Virus record (IMG/VR): IMGVR_UViG_3300025732_000031
DNA: 64,000 bases
Strand: one strand, 5' to 3'
Source of the DNA: an uncultured virus (IMG/VR IMGVR_UViG_3300025732_000031)
Lineage: Duplodnaviria; Heunggongvirae; Uroviricota; Caudoviricetes
Shown: in pieces, positions 20,210-30,779 of the stretch
How positions within the stretch are numbered: position 1 is the stretch's first letter
Layout: each line of letters begins with the position of its first letter
Notes under the pieces: model-generated
Seen by the model: the letters and a program-made list of their open reading frames with translations, nothing else
What the model was told of the DNA's origin: nothing
The model's database searches: none
Made by a program: the position numbers and the translations under genes

Positions 20210-23200
20210 TTAGATCGTGTTATGTATTCCATGGCCAACTTCATTTGGCAATGGACTTACTAAATTAATAATGTTTCCATCTGAACCAGACAGTTTGAAT
20301 CCGGTACTATTAGCAAATCTTATCGTATATGTCTCATTATTAGATAAATTAGTCATTACTGTATTTCCTGTATCTACGCTATAAACAACTAATTCGTTAT
20401 TAGCATAAGCATGATTCAACCGTATAAAGTTTTCAATGACATCAACATTACTAGTAGGATTAAAAGTAGTTCTTATTTCTATTTTTTTAGATACATTAAT
20501 TGTAGCTTCATTTTTACTTTCAATCTCTATTGCTGGGAACATCCTAGTTCCAGCAACATGCAATACCTTTTTCAGCATGTTTGAATAACGTTCAAACGGA
20601 ACTCTGCTGATTATTTGGTAAGAATAGTCTTGATAAAAATCACTATCGTGTAAGTATTTATCTCTACTTAGAAAACCTTTTGTATTTTGGTAAAAACCAC
20701 TGCCAATACCTTGTTTAATATTAGAGCCTTTGGCTAATCCTATAGTTGCATCTGGATCATCTTCATTTTGAAAAGACATTACGTCAGCTGTTTCATAAGC
20801 AAAACCAGAATCTAACACCTTTAGAGTTTTAACTACACCGTTAGCAGTTATTACGTTTGCTTCTACGACGCTGTTCAATCCAGAAAAAGTTTCATCATTT
20901 TGAGAATTTATAAGTCTAGTAACATATTGAGAAGTTTCTCCCTTTAAGTAAACTTCAGCATTTGGATCGGGTTCATTGATAAAAGTCAATCGTTTTACTT
21001 TAATCGTATTAGTATCTACAATCTCTTGCAATAACCCAAATTTTTCATAATTTCCATTTTCAATATATTGAATAGAAAGAGAAGGGGTTGCTGTTAAAAC
21101 AATTTTAGATCCATTTTCTGTTAAACTTAAAGCAAATGCTGATGAATTTGCTTCTACTACATAGTAACTAAAATTATTAGCTAATCCACCAATAACGCTG
21201 CTTCCCGTATTCGTACTGTAAACAACTGGTTGATTATTTATGTATGGATGATCATGCATAAATATGAATGATGATGCTACGTTTGCTGATGAGCCATCAA
21301 ACGCTTTTCTATTAGAAATTAAGATGTTTTCGTTTTTCGTCATTCTTGAAGTGTCGCCATCGATGACCATTATTTGATCATATTTTCTACTCCCAGCGAC
21401 TACTGGTTCAATGATTGTCACGAAAGGATCTAACGTATAATCTACTCCTGGGTTTACCGTCGATAATGCACTAATAGTTCCCATAGTAAACAACTCTTTA
21501 GTTAGAATTGTGTCTATAGAATAGTTAGTCAAATTGCCAGAAGGTTTACCTGGAAACCCATATGAATTAGAACCTGATAAAGCACTGTTGGAGCTACCAT
21601 TTAAGACTATGCTGAGATATGGCGCACCATAAATATTATACCCTCCCATAAAATCGGTGTTCAACGTAATAGTCTCTTCATCATCAAGACTAGAGATGCG
21701 CAAATCGGCCAAAGAACCTTCTCCAGCTATGTCTATAGACGCATCAGTATATGCTGCAAATGAATGCCCATTTTCATTTAGTCCAGGAGATATTGGAATA
21801 GTAATTCCATTAGCATAGGCTATTGTTATACCTGATGTGTTTGCGACTCCAACGTAGTACGTTATATTGTTGCTTAGCAGATCTATTTTTGTTTTTCCGC
21901 TTCCAACCCTATACACCAGTATTTGACCATTTGTAAATGGATGATTGTTTAATGTAATGAAGTGGTTGGTAGCGTTTACATCATTGCTAGCATTAAAAGA
22001 TACGAGGTTTGAGCCGACACTGTATACGTATAGTTTATTATCGTAATCAAATGGAGAACCAAGTGTAGAATTACCAGAAAAATTGTTACCTGATGATACT
22101 ATTGCAGTAAAGGAATGACCGTTTTCTGTTACACCCTTTGATAAAGAAATCACTTCACCTGATGGGCTGTTTGATAGCTGTACTCCTCTTGTATTTGCTA
22201 ATCTTGCATAATATACTGATCCAGACACTAAACCAGTTAGAGGTGTGTTTCCTGTATTAGAGCTATACCTAATAGCTTGAGCGTTAATAAATCCACTATT
22301 TGGAATATTAATAAAATCTAAATCAATATCAACATCTGTATTAGCATTAAAATACACAGGGTTTGCTGTATTGACTATTTTAACGATTGGTGATTCTATA
22401 TAACCACTTCCACCATTTAAAATATTAATACCAGAAACGCTGCTATTTGCATAAGTAACTACTAAACCAACTGCTCCTGATCCAGTCTCAGATTCAAATG
22501 TAACTAGTTCACCATTTGAATATCCTTGGCCAATATTATCAATGCTTACTGAAATTACAGAAGTTTCTGATGGATTATAGATTCCAATTGTCGTGGAATA
22601 GAATGAAAGATTAGAATTAGACCCAGAAGCTCTGCCAAATATTCTCTGAGAAGATACGAAAGTTCCAGCAGTATTAGTAACATAGATTAAATTTTTTCCA
22701 CCTTCTTGTCTAATTAGGTCTACGGTAGCAGTAACCCATTCTCCTATAGATGAATTTTGTTGATAGATTTGTTCACCTTTAATTGGTAAAAGACCTCCTT
22801 CAACATCGTCTATTATTAGAGTGTTGTTACTAGAGACACCCATTATATTTGCAGTAGATGTCTTATCCGTCTTTAATGTAAGGTTAGCAGAAGACGTATT
22901 TGAACTATTGTAAAGAGTATTGTTAATTGGAGGAAGATTACCAGACAATATAGACAAATACATATTGCCTGTACCGGTAGATGAATTAGATGAAATTTCA
23001 ATTATCTTTGATATGCTAGTAACATTACTGCTTTCATACGAAAATATTAAATCGTTCGCAGATAATGTTCCTACAAGTGTATTGAACTCTACATATGCTT
23101 TTGGCTGAACTAACGTACTAAACAGTTTAAAGGGAGTGTTAGCGCTGCCAGTAGACGCTATAACATTATTAACTAGTAATGATTTTTCTGAGATTATGAT

Positions 23201-24058
23201 TTTTGGTGATGTGGTGTATCCCCACCCACCATCTAATAGAGTGAATTCTACTTGACCAGTAGAATTGGCAGTAGAAGTAACTAATGCTTTGCCATTAAAC
23301 CCGGTATTTGAAATCAAATTTACTATATCACCAACTACATAATCAGAAGCTCCAGCTATGACTTGAAGTTGACTGAGAGATCCAATTAATTTTGGAGCCT
23401 GTCTTGGGTCTATAGTACCAGAATGTACTATAGTTTCTCCAAATTCAAAATTACCACGTACATTAGTTATAAAAAAAACATGAATATCTTTTGATATTTT
23501 AACTTCATTTCCTTCAGCATCAACCTGATTATTGATTTTTTTCTTAATAGCGTAGTTTTCTATGAAAGCTGTTGCGCCACTTCTTATACCTGTAACTTGT
23601 TTTCCTTCAAATTCTGTATTGAATCGTGTATTAGTAACTTCTAAATACTCAGGTATTTTCCATGTATTATCAGACAGTTTAAATACATCATCACCTGGAT
23701 AATAGACTTTAGCTGGCTGAGCATAAACTAGTTTAAAGAATAAATCTACTGATCTTTCTGTTCCTTTAGAACGATAAAAATCTAATGCATTTTTTGCTAA
23801 TAATCTTTTATTCGTAGCTACATCGAATTGTATATTTTTTAATGTTTCTTCTTTAAAATATACAATGAAATCTTCAACGGTTTGATCTATGTCTCTATAT
23901 TCGAGTAATCTACGTGAATGATACAATACGTTGTTAGATTGCTCGAGCCATTCATAATAAGATTTTATTAATGTTATGAATTGAGGGCCTTCTTCTCTAT
24001 AGAAAGCAGGAAATTGCGATTCTACTAAAGGAGATATAAAAGAAGTTATGTCTTTCAC
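20210..24058 (-). CDS. gp7: Baseplate wedge protein gp7-like
   Basis: SQFPAFYREE..F...YYEWLE, FYRSKGTERS, LHDSDFYQDYSY, KKVLHVAG motifs; lies between gp6 and gp8. Confidence 0.75.
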   Translation of the reverse strand: MKDITSFISPLVESQFPAFYREEGPQFITLIKSYYEWLEQSNNVLYHSRRLLEYRDIDQTVEDFIVYFKEETLKNIQFDVATNKRLLAKNALDFYRSKGTERSVDLFFKLVYAQPAKVYYPGDDVFKLSDNTWKIPEYLEVTNTRFNTEFEGKQVTGIRSGATAFIENYAIKKKINNQVDAEGNEVKISKDIHVFFITNVRGNFEFGETIVHSGTIDPRQAPKLIGSLSQLQVIAGASDYVVGDIVNLISNTGFNGKALVTSTANSTGQVEFTLLDGGWGYTTSPKIIISEKSLLVNNVIASTGSANTPFKLFSTLVQPKAYVEFNTLVGTLSANDLIFSYESSNVTSISKIIEISSNSSTGTGNMYLSILSGNLPPINNTLYNSSNTSSANLTLKTDKTSTANIMGVSSNNTLIIDDVEGGLLPIKGEQIYQQNSSIGEWVTATVDLIRQEGGKNLIYVTNTAGTFVSSQRIFGRASGSNSNLSFYSTTIGIYNPSETSVISVSIDNIGQGYSNGELVTFESETGSGAVGLVVTYANSSVSGINILNGGSGYIESPIVKIVNTANPVYFNANTDVDIDLDFINIPNSGFINAQAIRYSSNTGNTPLTGLVSGSVYYARLANTRGVQLSNSPSGEVISLSKGVTENGHSFTAIVSSGNNFSGNSTLGSPFDYDNKLYVYSVGSNLVSFNASNDVNATNHFITLNNHPFTNGQILVYRVGSGKTKIDLLSNNITYYVGVANTSGITIAYANGITIPISPGLNENGHSFAAYTDASIDIAGEGSLADLRISSLDDEETITLNTDFMGGYNIYGAPYLSIVLNGSSNSALSGSNSYGFPGKPSGNLTNYSIDTILTKELFTMGTISALSTVNPGVDYTLDPFVTIIEPVVAGSRKYDQIMVIDGDTSRMTKNENILISNRKAFDGSSANVASSFIFMHDHPYINNQPVVYSTNTGSSVIGGLANNFSYYVVEANSSAFALSLTENGSKIVLTATPSLSIQYIENGNYEKFGLLQEIVDTNTIKVKRLTFINEPDPNAEVYLKGETSQYVTRLINSQNDETFSGLNSVVEANVITANGVVKTLKVLDSGFAYETADVMSFQNEDDPDATIGLAKGSNIKQGIGSGFYQNTKGFLSRDKYLHDSDFYQDYSYQIISRVPFERYSNMLKKVLHVAGTRMFPAIEIESKNEATINVSKKIEIRTTFNPTSNVDVIENFIRLNHAYANNELVVYSVDTGNTVMTNLSNNETYTIRFANSTGFKLSGSDGNIINLVSPLPNEVGHGIHNTI

Positions 24059-24064
24059 TTGAAA

Positions 24065-25903
24065 TTACTCTCTTTCAGGAACAACAGTTATTCTAATGTC
24101 TTGATCTCTAATAGATAGAATCGTTCTTAATTCTGATAAAATATCTTTAGACTTTGTTCTAGCATATATTTTTACGAATTCTCCGGTGAAAGAATCAATT
24201 TTTAATTTGTTTATTATGATTCTTCCACTTTCATAATCTACACTTCCTATGTCAGAAACTTCAGTGTGTTCAACACCAGAATCTGCTTTAAGTTTCAACG
24301 TTCCTAAACCATCATCTTCTAAAATTACTACTTTCCCATTTGATAAAAAAGGAGAAGAACTAACCGCGCTTAGATAATTCGCTGGGTGCGTTTTCTGCAA
24401 GTCTGCAAAATCATCTTCTAAAGCTTGTTGAAAGTCTATACTATAATTTGTTTCTATGCCCAATTGCGGAGTTAACGTTCTTATAGCTCTAACTATAGTG
24501 TCATTACTGATGATACTTCTATCTGTGCTATCAATAGAAGTTACTAAATTGCTATACCTAAACTTAACATTAAAGTCATCAATGTTATCTGTATTGAACG
24601 TTCTTATAGTGTTAAGCACTAAATCTTTGATTGATTCTTCACTTAAAGCAGTCAAGTTGATGTTATATCTAACAATAGTTTCAACATCTAAATACATAAA
24701 ATCTGGGTCAATAAAGATCGGATCTATAGATAAAGAAGCTCTAGGTTTTATAAAATTATAATATTGTTCTTTTCTAATATCAGGAACTCCATCTACATTG
24801 TTTAAATCTACAGCAATATAAACTTTACCAAATTGCGGTGGATCTAGTTCTTCACCACCAAAAACAGATACTGCATTAATTTCTGGAAAATTAATTTTTA
24901 AGAGATTTTCATAATCTTCAGCAGTTACTGCTCTTTCTTGAGTAGTAAAGTATCTAGGAGCATTGAATTTGATCGATTCTAAAGATTCATTTACAGATCC
25001 TTGAGAAGCAGCATATAGCGTATTAACCGATACATTTGAAAACGTTCCTATGGCACCGTCTGCACGAAATACTGAACACCCATTGGGCAATTCTCCCTTT
25101 GTTGCTCGATACTCACACACAATGACTGCGTTATCCGCAGGCTTTCTACCAATTACTCCATCTCCGAAAAGTATCTCGTACTTTTCTCCCTCACACCCTT
25201 GAACGAAATAAATGTTTGAATTAGCTCCTTTTCCAAACAATGATGTAGCTCTAAGATAGGTATATACATCTGCACCATTGTTTTCGAGAACTATAACACT
25301 TAATGAATCTGTATCTATCGTAGGATTAGACATTATAAATCTTTGAATAGGATTAGAATAATTTACGTTAAACGTATCAGTTACATATTGTCCTTCATAA
25401 ATCGTTATTTCGCCTGTGGTGTAATCGTAGCGTGTGCTAGAAGAACTAACAGGTGTGCTCTTTAAAGACGTCGTTAAGATCGTTTTGTCAGTAGAAAAAG
25501 TGAATGTATTGGATCCAACCCTAGAAGTAAATGTTGTTCCTTTAGGAATTGTTATAAACGTAACTGGAGCAGTATCTTCATTAGAAGTAACGGTAGAGAT
25601 TGTAATTTCTACATTTGCGCGAGATGACTTAAATGATCTAGGAACATAATTTAATTCTTTAGCCCTTGATATTACACTTTCTCTAAGTTGAGCGCTATCT
25701 AAAAACATCTCATTTCCTATCATGTTTAAGTAGAATGCATTCAAATATGTATTATATGATAGTACATCGAGCAACACGTTCATGTTGCTACCTTCAAAAT
25801 CATAGTCTTTAAATGAAGATTGTGCTTTAAGATAATCTTTAAAATTATCTTTTAAAGTATTGAAATCTAAATTTACTAAATTTATGTTAGTTGTGTTGGC
25901 CAT
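24065..25903 (-). CDS. gp6: Baseplate wedge subunit gp6
   Basis: LDFNTLK..FKDYDFEGSNMNVLLDVLSYNT, EMFLDSAQLRESV, FGDGVIG, QERAVTAEDY, GGEELDPPQFGKV. Confidence 0.92.
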   Translation of the reverse strand: MANTTNINLVNLDFNTLKDNFKDYLKAQSSFKDYDFEGSNMNVLLDVLSYNTYLNAFYLNMIGNEMFLDSAQLRESVISRAKELNYVPRSFKSSRANVEITISTVTSNEDTAPVTFITIPKGTTFTSRVGSNTFTFSTDKTILTTSLKSTPVSSSSTRYDYTTGEITIYEGQYVTDTFNVNYSNPIQRFIMSNPTIDTDSLSVIVLENNGADVYTYLRATSLFGKGANSNIYFVQGCEGEKYEILFGDGVIGRKPADNAVIVCEYRATKGELPNGCSVFRADGAIGTFSNVSVNTLYAASQGSVNESLESIKFNAPRYFTTQERAVTAEDYENLLKINFPEINAVSVFGGEELDPPQFGKVYIAVDLNNVDGVPDIRKEQYYNFIKPRASLSIDPIFIDPDFMYLDVETIVRYNINLTALSEESIKDLVLNTIRTFNTDNIDDFNVKFRYSNLVTSIDSTDRSIISNDTIVRAIRTLTPQLGIETNYSIDFQQALEDDFADLQKTHPANYLSAVSSSPFLSNGKVVILEDDGLGTLKLKADSGVEHTEVSDIGSVDYESGRIIINKLKIDSFTGEFVKIYARTKSKDILSELRTILSIRDQDIRITVVPERE

Positions 25904-26334
25904 TATCTTACTCTGTAAAGAGGTATATTGATAGTAGTTACATCTTCAATAGACGTTATATAGAAAGAAACAGTTATCATATATGCATTGTTGTCTGGAT
26001 ACGCGCTTGCAACTACGTCTATTAATTTAGCTCTAGGCTCATAGTTTTCTATAGTCTCTCTTACTTGACTTGCTATACCAACTTCTGTTTGAGGACTCAT
26101 AGGCTCAAATAGAAGCTTTTGAATATTAGAACCTATATCTGGTTGAAATAGTCTTTCATATTTATTTGTGAATAATAAATTTTTTATTGAACTTATAACT
26201 GCTTCTTCGTTTTTATTTGTGATAACTTGTCCATTATCTGGATGAACATTTAAATTAGTTAAGAAATCAGAATAAAGATTATCTTGCTTAGGTCTTTGAG
26301 CAGTGTATCTATCCGCTACTTTTGGTAGTGCCAT
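25903..26334 (-). CDS. gp25: Baseplate wedge subunit gp25
   Basis: SIKNLLFTNKYERLFQPDIGSNI..LLFEP, IENYEPR. Confidence 0.9.
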   Translation of the reverse strand: MALPKVADRYTAQRPKQDNLYSDFLTNLNVHPDNGQVITNKNEEAVISSIKNLLFTNKYERLFQPDIGSNIQKLLFEPMSPQTEVGIASQVRETIENYEPRAKLIDVVASAYPDNNAYMITVSFYITSIEDVTTINIPLYRVR

Positions 26335-26363
26335 ATGATTTTACTTATGTTTATTATGTCTAT

Positions 26364-26657
26364 TTATCCGCCTACAAACACATTACCACTTCCACTCGAA
26401 GAAGCAGGAGCACAGTGTGCTCCTCCTAATGGAGGGCATAAAGAATCAGGAGCAGCAGAATTTCCTACTATAACTACCATTTTTCCATTTACAAAAACTT
26501 GATTGCAGGCTGCGCTTAGCGCTCCTGCGCCATGGCTGTTTGGATCTGCATCAACTGAAACTAATAGTTTATTTGCAAAAACAGTTCCTTGACCGCTTAC
26601 AATTGTCGATGCGCCACATGTCCTTGAATCACTGTGTCTATGAATTGGAATAGCCAT
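26364..26657 (-). CDS. PAAR-like spike tip protein (gp5.4-like)
   Basis: 97 aa, Cys/His-rich (HR..D.R.CGA, H, VFVNG, GSGNVFVGG); immediately after gp5. Confidence 0.8.
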   Translation of the reverse strand: MAIPIHRHSDSRTCGASTIVSGQGTVFANKLLVSVDADPNSHGAGALSAACNQVFVNGKMVVIVGNSAAPDSLCPPLGGAHCAPASSSGSGNVFVGG

Positions 26658-27418
26658 TACGGATTCAAATCTATTTTTGAACCAATCAAAGTCATTGGAC
26701 CACCAGATTGTATCTTACATGTCCCACCTATTTGCAGTTCAAAATTCTTATCAACTTCCATCTTTACATTTCCTACCACATGAACATGAACGTTACCTTG
26801 TACATGAATCTCATCGTTTTGAGCGTGGATTACGAAATTATTTCCCGTAACCTTGGTTACAGTTCTACCATCGGCACTGATCTCTACATACGTCCCTGAT
26901 TTGTGATATATCTGAATGCGCTCTGCATTTGGTGTATCATCTAGTTCAATCACGTGACCTGAGAGAGTCCTAGTCACTTTATTGTTAGGATATATCGCAG
27001 CATACGTTGAAGGAGGCTCAGGCCCTAGAAGAGGTCTGGTTTGCCACTGGTTGACTTCCCTAGCTAATGGTGATACGTCATGTAACTTAGGATCATTATC
27101 TTTTATAGCTGGCATAGTTCCTAATAAAACAGGAGCTTTTGCAGAAGGACCATCTGCAAAAAATCCATAAACAAAACTTCCTACTAGAATTCCTGTTGGG
27201 GATACTCCTACTTCTCCAAACTCCGGCTGTTGATAGCTAGCGCTTGTTATAGGAAGAAGAGGAGCAGCCCATGGAAGATCTTCATCTTGGAAACTATCAT
27301 GGAATCCCTTGATCCTTATCTGCACTTGCCCAAGCATGTCTGGATCCATTAAATTTACGACTTCAGCAAAGAACCAGCAAAATGGTATATCGCCTACGAA
27401 TCTATTACTATTCATCAT
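26657..27418 (-). CDS. gp5: Baseplate central spike gp5 (OB-fold plus beta-helix; no lysozyme domain)
   Basis: DP..LGQVQIRI.GFH, LPWA, GSFVYGFFADG, YPNNKV..T.SGHVIELDDTP.AERI..YHKSGT; only 253 aa. Confidence 0.85.
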   Translation of the reverse strand: MMNSNRFVGDIPFCWFFAEVVNLMDPDMLGQVQIRIKGFHDSFQDEDLPWAAPLLPITSASYQQPEFGEVGVSPTGILVGSFVYGFFADGPSAKAPVLLGTMPAIKDNDPKLHDVSPLAREVNQWQTRPLLGPEPPSTYAAIYPNNKVTRTLSGHVIELDDTPNAERIQIYHKSGTYVEISADGRTVTKVTGNNFVIHAQNDEIHVQGNVHVHVVGNVKMEVDKNFELQIGGTCKIQSGGPMTLIGSKIDLNP

Positions 27419-28707
27419 TAGCTCCTTGTGCTTTCACCATATGCACCTTTGATCAACTCCATTGAATTCATATACCTATGTTTCGCTTGAAGCTTATGAA
27501 ACATATGACGTATCGATGATATCAAGTATTCTCCTGACACTAGAGTTGAAACATTGTTTAACTTATTACCTTTTGGTTTTGTTTGACCATCAATCGCTGG
27601 TACTTGACACTGTATTCGATACCCTGCGGACAATACACTATCACCCCAAGTCATTATTCTTAATATATTCTGAGTCAGCAATTCCACAAACGCTTTATTG
27701 AAACCAATCTTGTCTATTAAAAAATCATCTGGATTTTTAGACGTGTTGATGTAAAAATTAGTCACAGCTGGCGATTTACCATACTCATTTTTAAAATTAG
27801 AAGTATTCAAGTCAGATGTTTTTCCTGGAAACTTAAAGTTAGATACTTCCTTTATTAAATCAAAAGTTTTTGTTTGATAAGATCTTGTTCTTAGATCCAA
27901 ACTTGTAGTTACGTTTTTCAATGCACCTTCTTGAACCATCTTAGCAGTTGACTGTTGAGTTATGTGGTTGTATGCTAATATGTTTCTAAAGTTGATATTT
28001 TTTACATTAGTTTTCGAATCTGTATCAAAGAAAAATTCTGCATCTGGAATTTTACCTTCTTTTCTTTCAAACAAATACTCTATTGGTGTAAACATGAATC
28101 CATTTTTATTTTCAAAAAAAGAATAAGTTGAAGATTTATATTTAACTGATACAGCTCTTCTTCTTAAATAATCTATGCTTTGAAAAGGTTTCATTTGTAT
28201 CAAGTCTAAGCTTTGAACACCCTTTGTTCCAGAAGGTTCTAACACCACTGATTTGCTTGTTCCAATTACGCTTGTCATGATGTATTTTATGTACTCATCA
28301 ATTTTTTTCTCTCTCATAGCTGTAGTGAACAATTGTTTAGAATTATCTAATATTTCTTTTGAACAAAGAACTAATTGATACTTAGCGTATTGAGCATTTG
28401 GATCGGGTGCTACGTTCTTTACTTCGGTGATCAAAAGATCAAATGTTCTACTCGGCAAATCAGGATGATTTTTAAACTTCAATATGATCTTACACTTGTC
28501 AGCTAGTATTGGATATGTTTCTCTGAGATTGATACTATCAGTTATTTGAATTATACCACTTATGATAGGGCTTTTGATAGATTCATGTATATCAATGGTT
28601 TCAAATTGTTCAAATAAACTATAGGGAGATTTATTTCCTGTTATATCGACTAAATCAAATCTCTCAATTATTACGTCACCCGGTTCAAAACTCTTTTTAG
28701 ATGTCAT
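27418..28707 (-). CDS. Baseplate hub / tail protein (gp27-like by position)
   Basis: Lies between gp53 and gp5; IHESI.SP.ISG.I.I.DS, FFEN..GF.F, SGEYLISSIRH motifs. Confidence 0.6.
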   Translation of the reverse strand: MTSKKSFEPGDVIIERFDLVDITGNKSPYSLFEQFETIDIHESIKSPIISGIIQITDSINLRETYPILADKCKIILKFKNHPDLPSRTFDLLITEVKNVAPDPNAQYAKYQLVLCSKEILDNSKQLFTTAMREKKIDEYIKYIMTSVIGTSKSVVLEPSGTKGVQSLDLIQMKPFQSIDYLRRRAVSVKYKSSTYSFFENKNGFMFTPIEYLFERKEGKIPDAEFFFDTDSKTNVKNINFRNILAYNHITQQSTAKMVQEGALKNVTTSLDLRTRSYQTKTFDLIKEVSNFKFPGKTSDLNTSNFKNEYGKSPAVTNFYINTSKNPDDFLIDKIGFNKAFVELLTQNILRIMTWGDSVLSAGYRIQCQVPAIDGQTKPKGNKLNNVSTLVSGEYLISSIRHMFHKLQAKHRYMNSMELIKGAYGESTRS

Positions 28708-29591
28708 GAAAACGACTCTTTAAGCGATGAATACACATCTTGAACATAACGCTTATCAAGTATATTAATGTTTTTCTTTAATTGATTGAGTTCTGTCTCA
28801 TAATCAAATGCAGTGACTGGAGAAAAGTATACTTCTTCATTTGAAGACATACTTCCTGTAGTTCCACCGAATGCGTTAAAAACAATGTTGGCAGATGTAA
28901 GTTGAGCGTTAGCTAAAGATTGATCGCCTGTCACATATCCTGAATCATAGGGATTTCCATTGATGTCTATGAATCCAGAAACATGTTGAATTGTGATCAA
29001 TGAAGAGTTGCTGAATGTGATGAATCCAGATGAATCGTCTTGAGTGATCTTCTCTCCAACTATAAATTGCGTATTTCCTACTAAGTTAATTTCAAAATTT
29101 ATGATCTTATTAGTTGAAATAACAGTGTTTTCTTTAATTCTTTCATAACCTAAGATTCTATTATCGAAAGTAACTGTAGCTGCCCAATATTTCTTAGATT
29201 GGTTAGGTAATGACATATATGCATTTTGATCTAGTATAGAATCATCTTGATCATAATTATTTCTATAAAATACAATTTGCTGGTATGCGTTTCTTAATGA
29301 CCCATATTTTTTAGTTAAAAAATTATCAAAATTTTCTTGCGTTAAAGCTACGTCATAATAAGGATCTACTATTTCATTAAATAGATAAAGTATCCAAACA
29401 TCATCTGCATCATCATAATAATCATATGCTATATTTTCATATCTTAAATTTCCTGTTGATTCTTTTTGTACGTACGGATAAAATGATGAAGAGATTTGTT
29501 TGTACTCTTCACCAAATTTTACTCGTGTTAAAATATTTCTAACGTAATTATTAGAGTAATTTACGATTGGAAGATTTGTGAAATATTTCAT
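28704..29591 (-). CDS. gp53: Baseplate wedge component gp53
   Basis: MKYFTNLPIVNY, R.ENIAYDYY...WIL..N.I.DPYYD, YETELN..KKNI. Confidence 0.8.
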   Translation of the reverse strand: MKYFTNLPIVNYSNNYVRNILTRVKFGEEYKQISSSFYPYVQKESTGNLRYENIAYDYYDDADDVWILYLFNEIVDPYYDVALTQENFDNFLTKKYGSLRNAYQQIVFYRNNYDQDDSILDQNAYMSLPNQSKKYWAATVTFDNRILGYERIKENTVISTNKIINFEINLVGNTQFIVGEKITQDDSSGFITFSNSSLITIQHVSGFIDINGNPYDSGYVTGDQSLANAQLTSANIVFNAFGGTTGSMSSNEEVYFSPVTAFDYETELNQLKKNINILDKRYVQDVYSSLKESFS

Positions 29592-29595
29592 ATGA

Positions 29596-30744
29596 TTATG
29601 TTAATTTAGCAATTGTTTGTTCAATTCCAGATTTCAAAGTATTATATCCTTTCTTAATACTTTCAATACTGCTACTCGCTTCTGCTCCATAATCATTTGC
29701 GGTAATAATTTCTATTTCTTGAAATAGAAAACTGAAAGCAACAAAAGTAGGAGCGTTTGTTCCTTTGAAAAAAGAAGGTCCGTTAGGAGTATAGTTTATA
29801 TTAATCGCTGTAATTAATCCTCTTTTATAGAGAGGAGTTGTATCTGGATCTAACCCATGAATTTCTATTTTTACCATGTGTGGGTAGTCCATTACATTAC
29901 CATTTCCCTGTGAAATAGCTGGCAACACTAATGATTTAATTTGTTTCAATAAATCTTTTAATACGCCACTGTCTTCTGCCGATTTAGGTGTAAAAAGCCA
30001 GCTAAACTCAATGGCTGGTCTAAGATCTACACCATTAAAAAAGACTGATATATGCGGATTCGGAATTGCACCAAGAAATTGACCCCCCAACCCTGCTAAC
30101 TGCTCTCCACTAAATCCTAATACATTTGTTTGAGAAACTTTATTTGCTAATACTGAGTATCCTAAACCAATAGCATCTTCGGCATATTCAGTTTTAGTTG
30201 CCCTGCCCGATCCCTGAGCCTCTGAAAGCAGATTTTCAACAATAGGAACTGCGGCTCCTATTGTTTTTAACGAAGTAGGAGCAACGTCTATTGTATGTTG
30301 TTCTGATAAATTTCTTGGAATAGGTAAGTGGACTTGTAAAACAGAAGAAAATGAACCTTTATCAAAATTACTTGGTCGTTTATATTTTGCAAAATCAATA
30401 GTAAAAAATTCAGTTCTAAGATTATCAACTGGATATTTTATAGGTGCTGACCAAATTGAAGAGTTAGGATCTAATACGGTAGAAGGATCATTGCTTGTAT
30501 TGAATGTCTGTGATCTAGAAGAAAACATATTCAAACCAGCTCGATTAAAGTTTTGTCCTAATGAAAGAGAATCTGTTTTGTTTGTAACAAAATTCTTTAT
30601 TCCATCTAATGATAGCCCATTTCCTGATAGAGCTGAGCTTAAAGCACCCATCCCTTGTTTAGAAACACCAGCGGCGGTAGTTGCTATGCCTGAAATGCTT
30701 TTCCCGACATCGCTGACGAAATTGAATGAATCGAAACTAGCCAT
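29596..30744 (-). CDS. gp48: Baseplate tail-tube cap gp48-like
   Basis: LPIP.NL, NPHISVFFNGVDLR...FSWLFTPKS, ININYTPNG...F.EIEIIT; divergent from gp4. Confidence 0.7.
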   Translation of the reverse strand: MASFDSFNFVSDVGKSISGIATTAAGVSKQGMGALSSALSGNGLSLDGIKNFVTNKTDSLSLGQNFNRAGLNMFSSRSQTFNTSNDPSTVLDPNSSIWSAPIKYPVDNLRTEFFTIDFAKYKRPSNFDKGSFSSVLQVHLPIPRNLSEQHTIDVAPTSLKTIGAAVPIVENLLSEAQGSGRATKTEYAEDAIGLGYSVLANKVSQTNVLGFSGEQLAGLGGQFLGAIPNPHISVFFNGVDLRPAIEFSWLFTPKSAEDSGVLKDLLKQIKSLVLPAISQGNGNVMDYPHMVKIEIHGLDPDTTPLYKRGLITAININYTPNGPSFFKGTNAPTFVAFSFLFQEIEIITANDYGAEASSSIESIKKGYNTLKSGIEQTIAKLT

Positions 30745-30762
30745 TTTGATCCTTTTTAAAAG

Positions 30763-30774
30763 TATTTATAAATA
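30763..30774. promoter_or_regulatory. Overlapping divergent T4-type late promoters (TATTTATAAATA)
   Basis: Exact TATAAATA on the plus strand (30767-30774) and on the minus strand (30763-30770), in the 35-bp gap between the two late operons. Confidence 0.8.
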
Positions 30775-30779
30775 GTTTC

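Noticed and set aside
86..27170. Many plus-strand ORFs of 60-180 aa in the track (e.g. 2956-3267, 3271-3660, 5284-5817, 15009-15425)
   Set aside because: They are antisense shadows of long minus-strand structural genes caused by codon bias, with no recognisable motifs.
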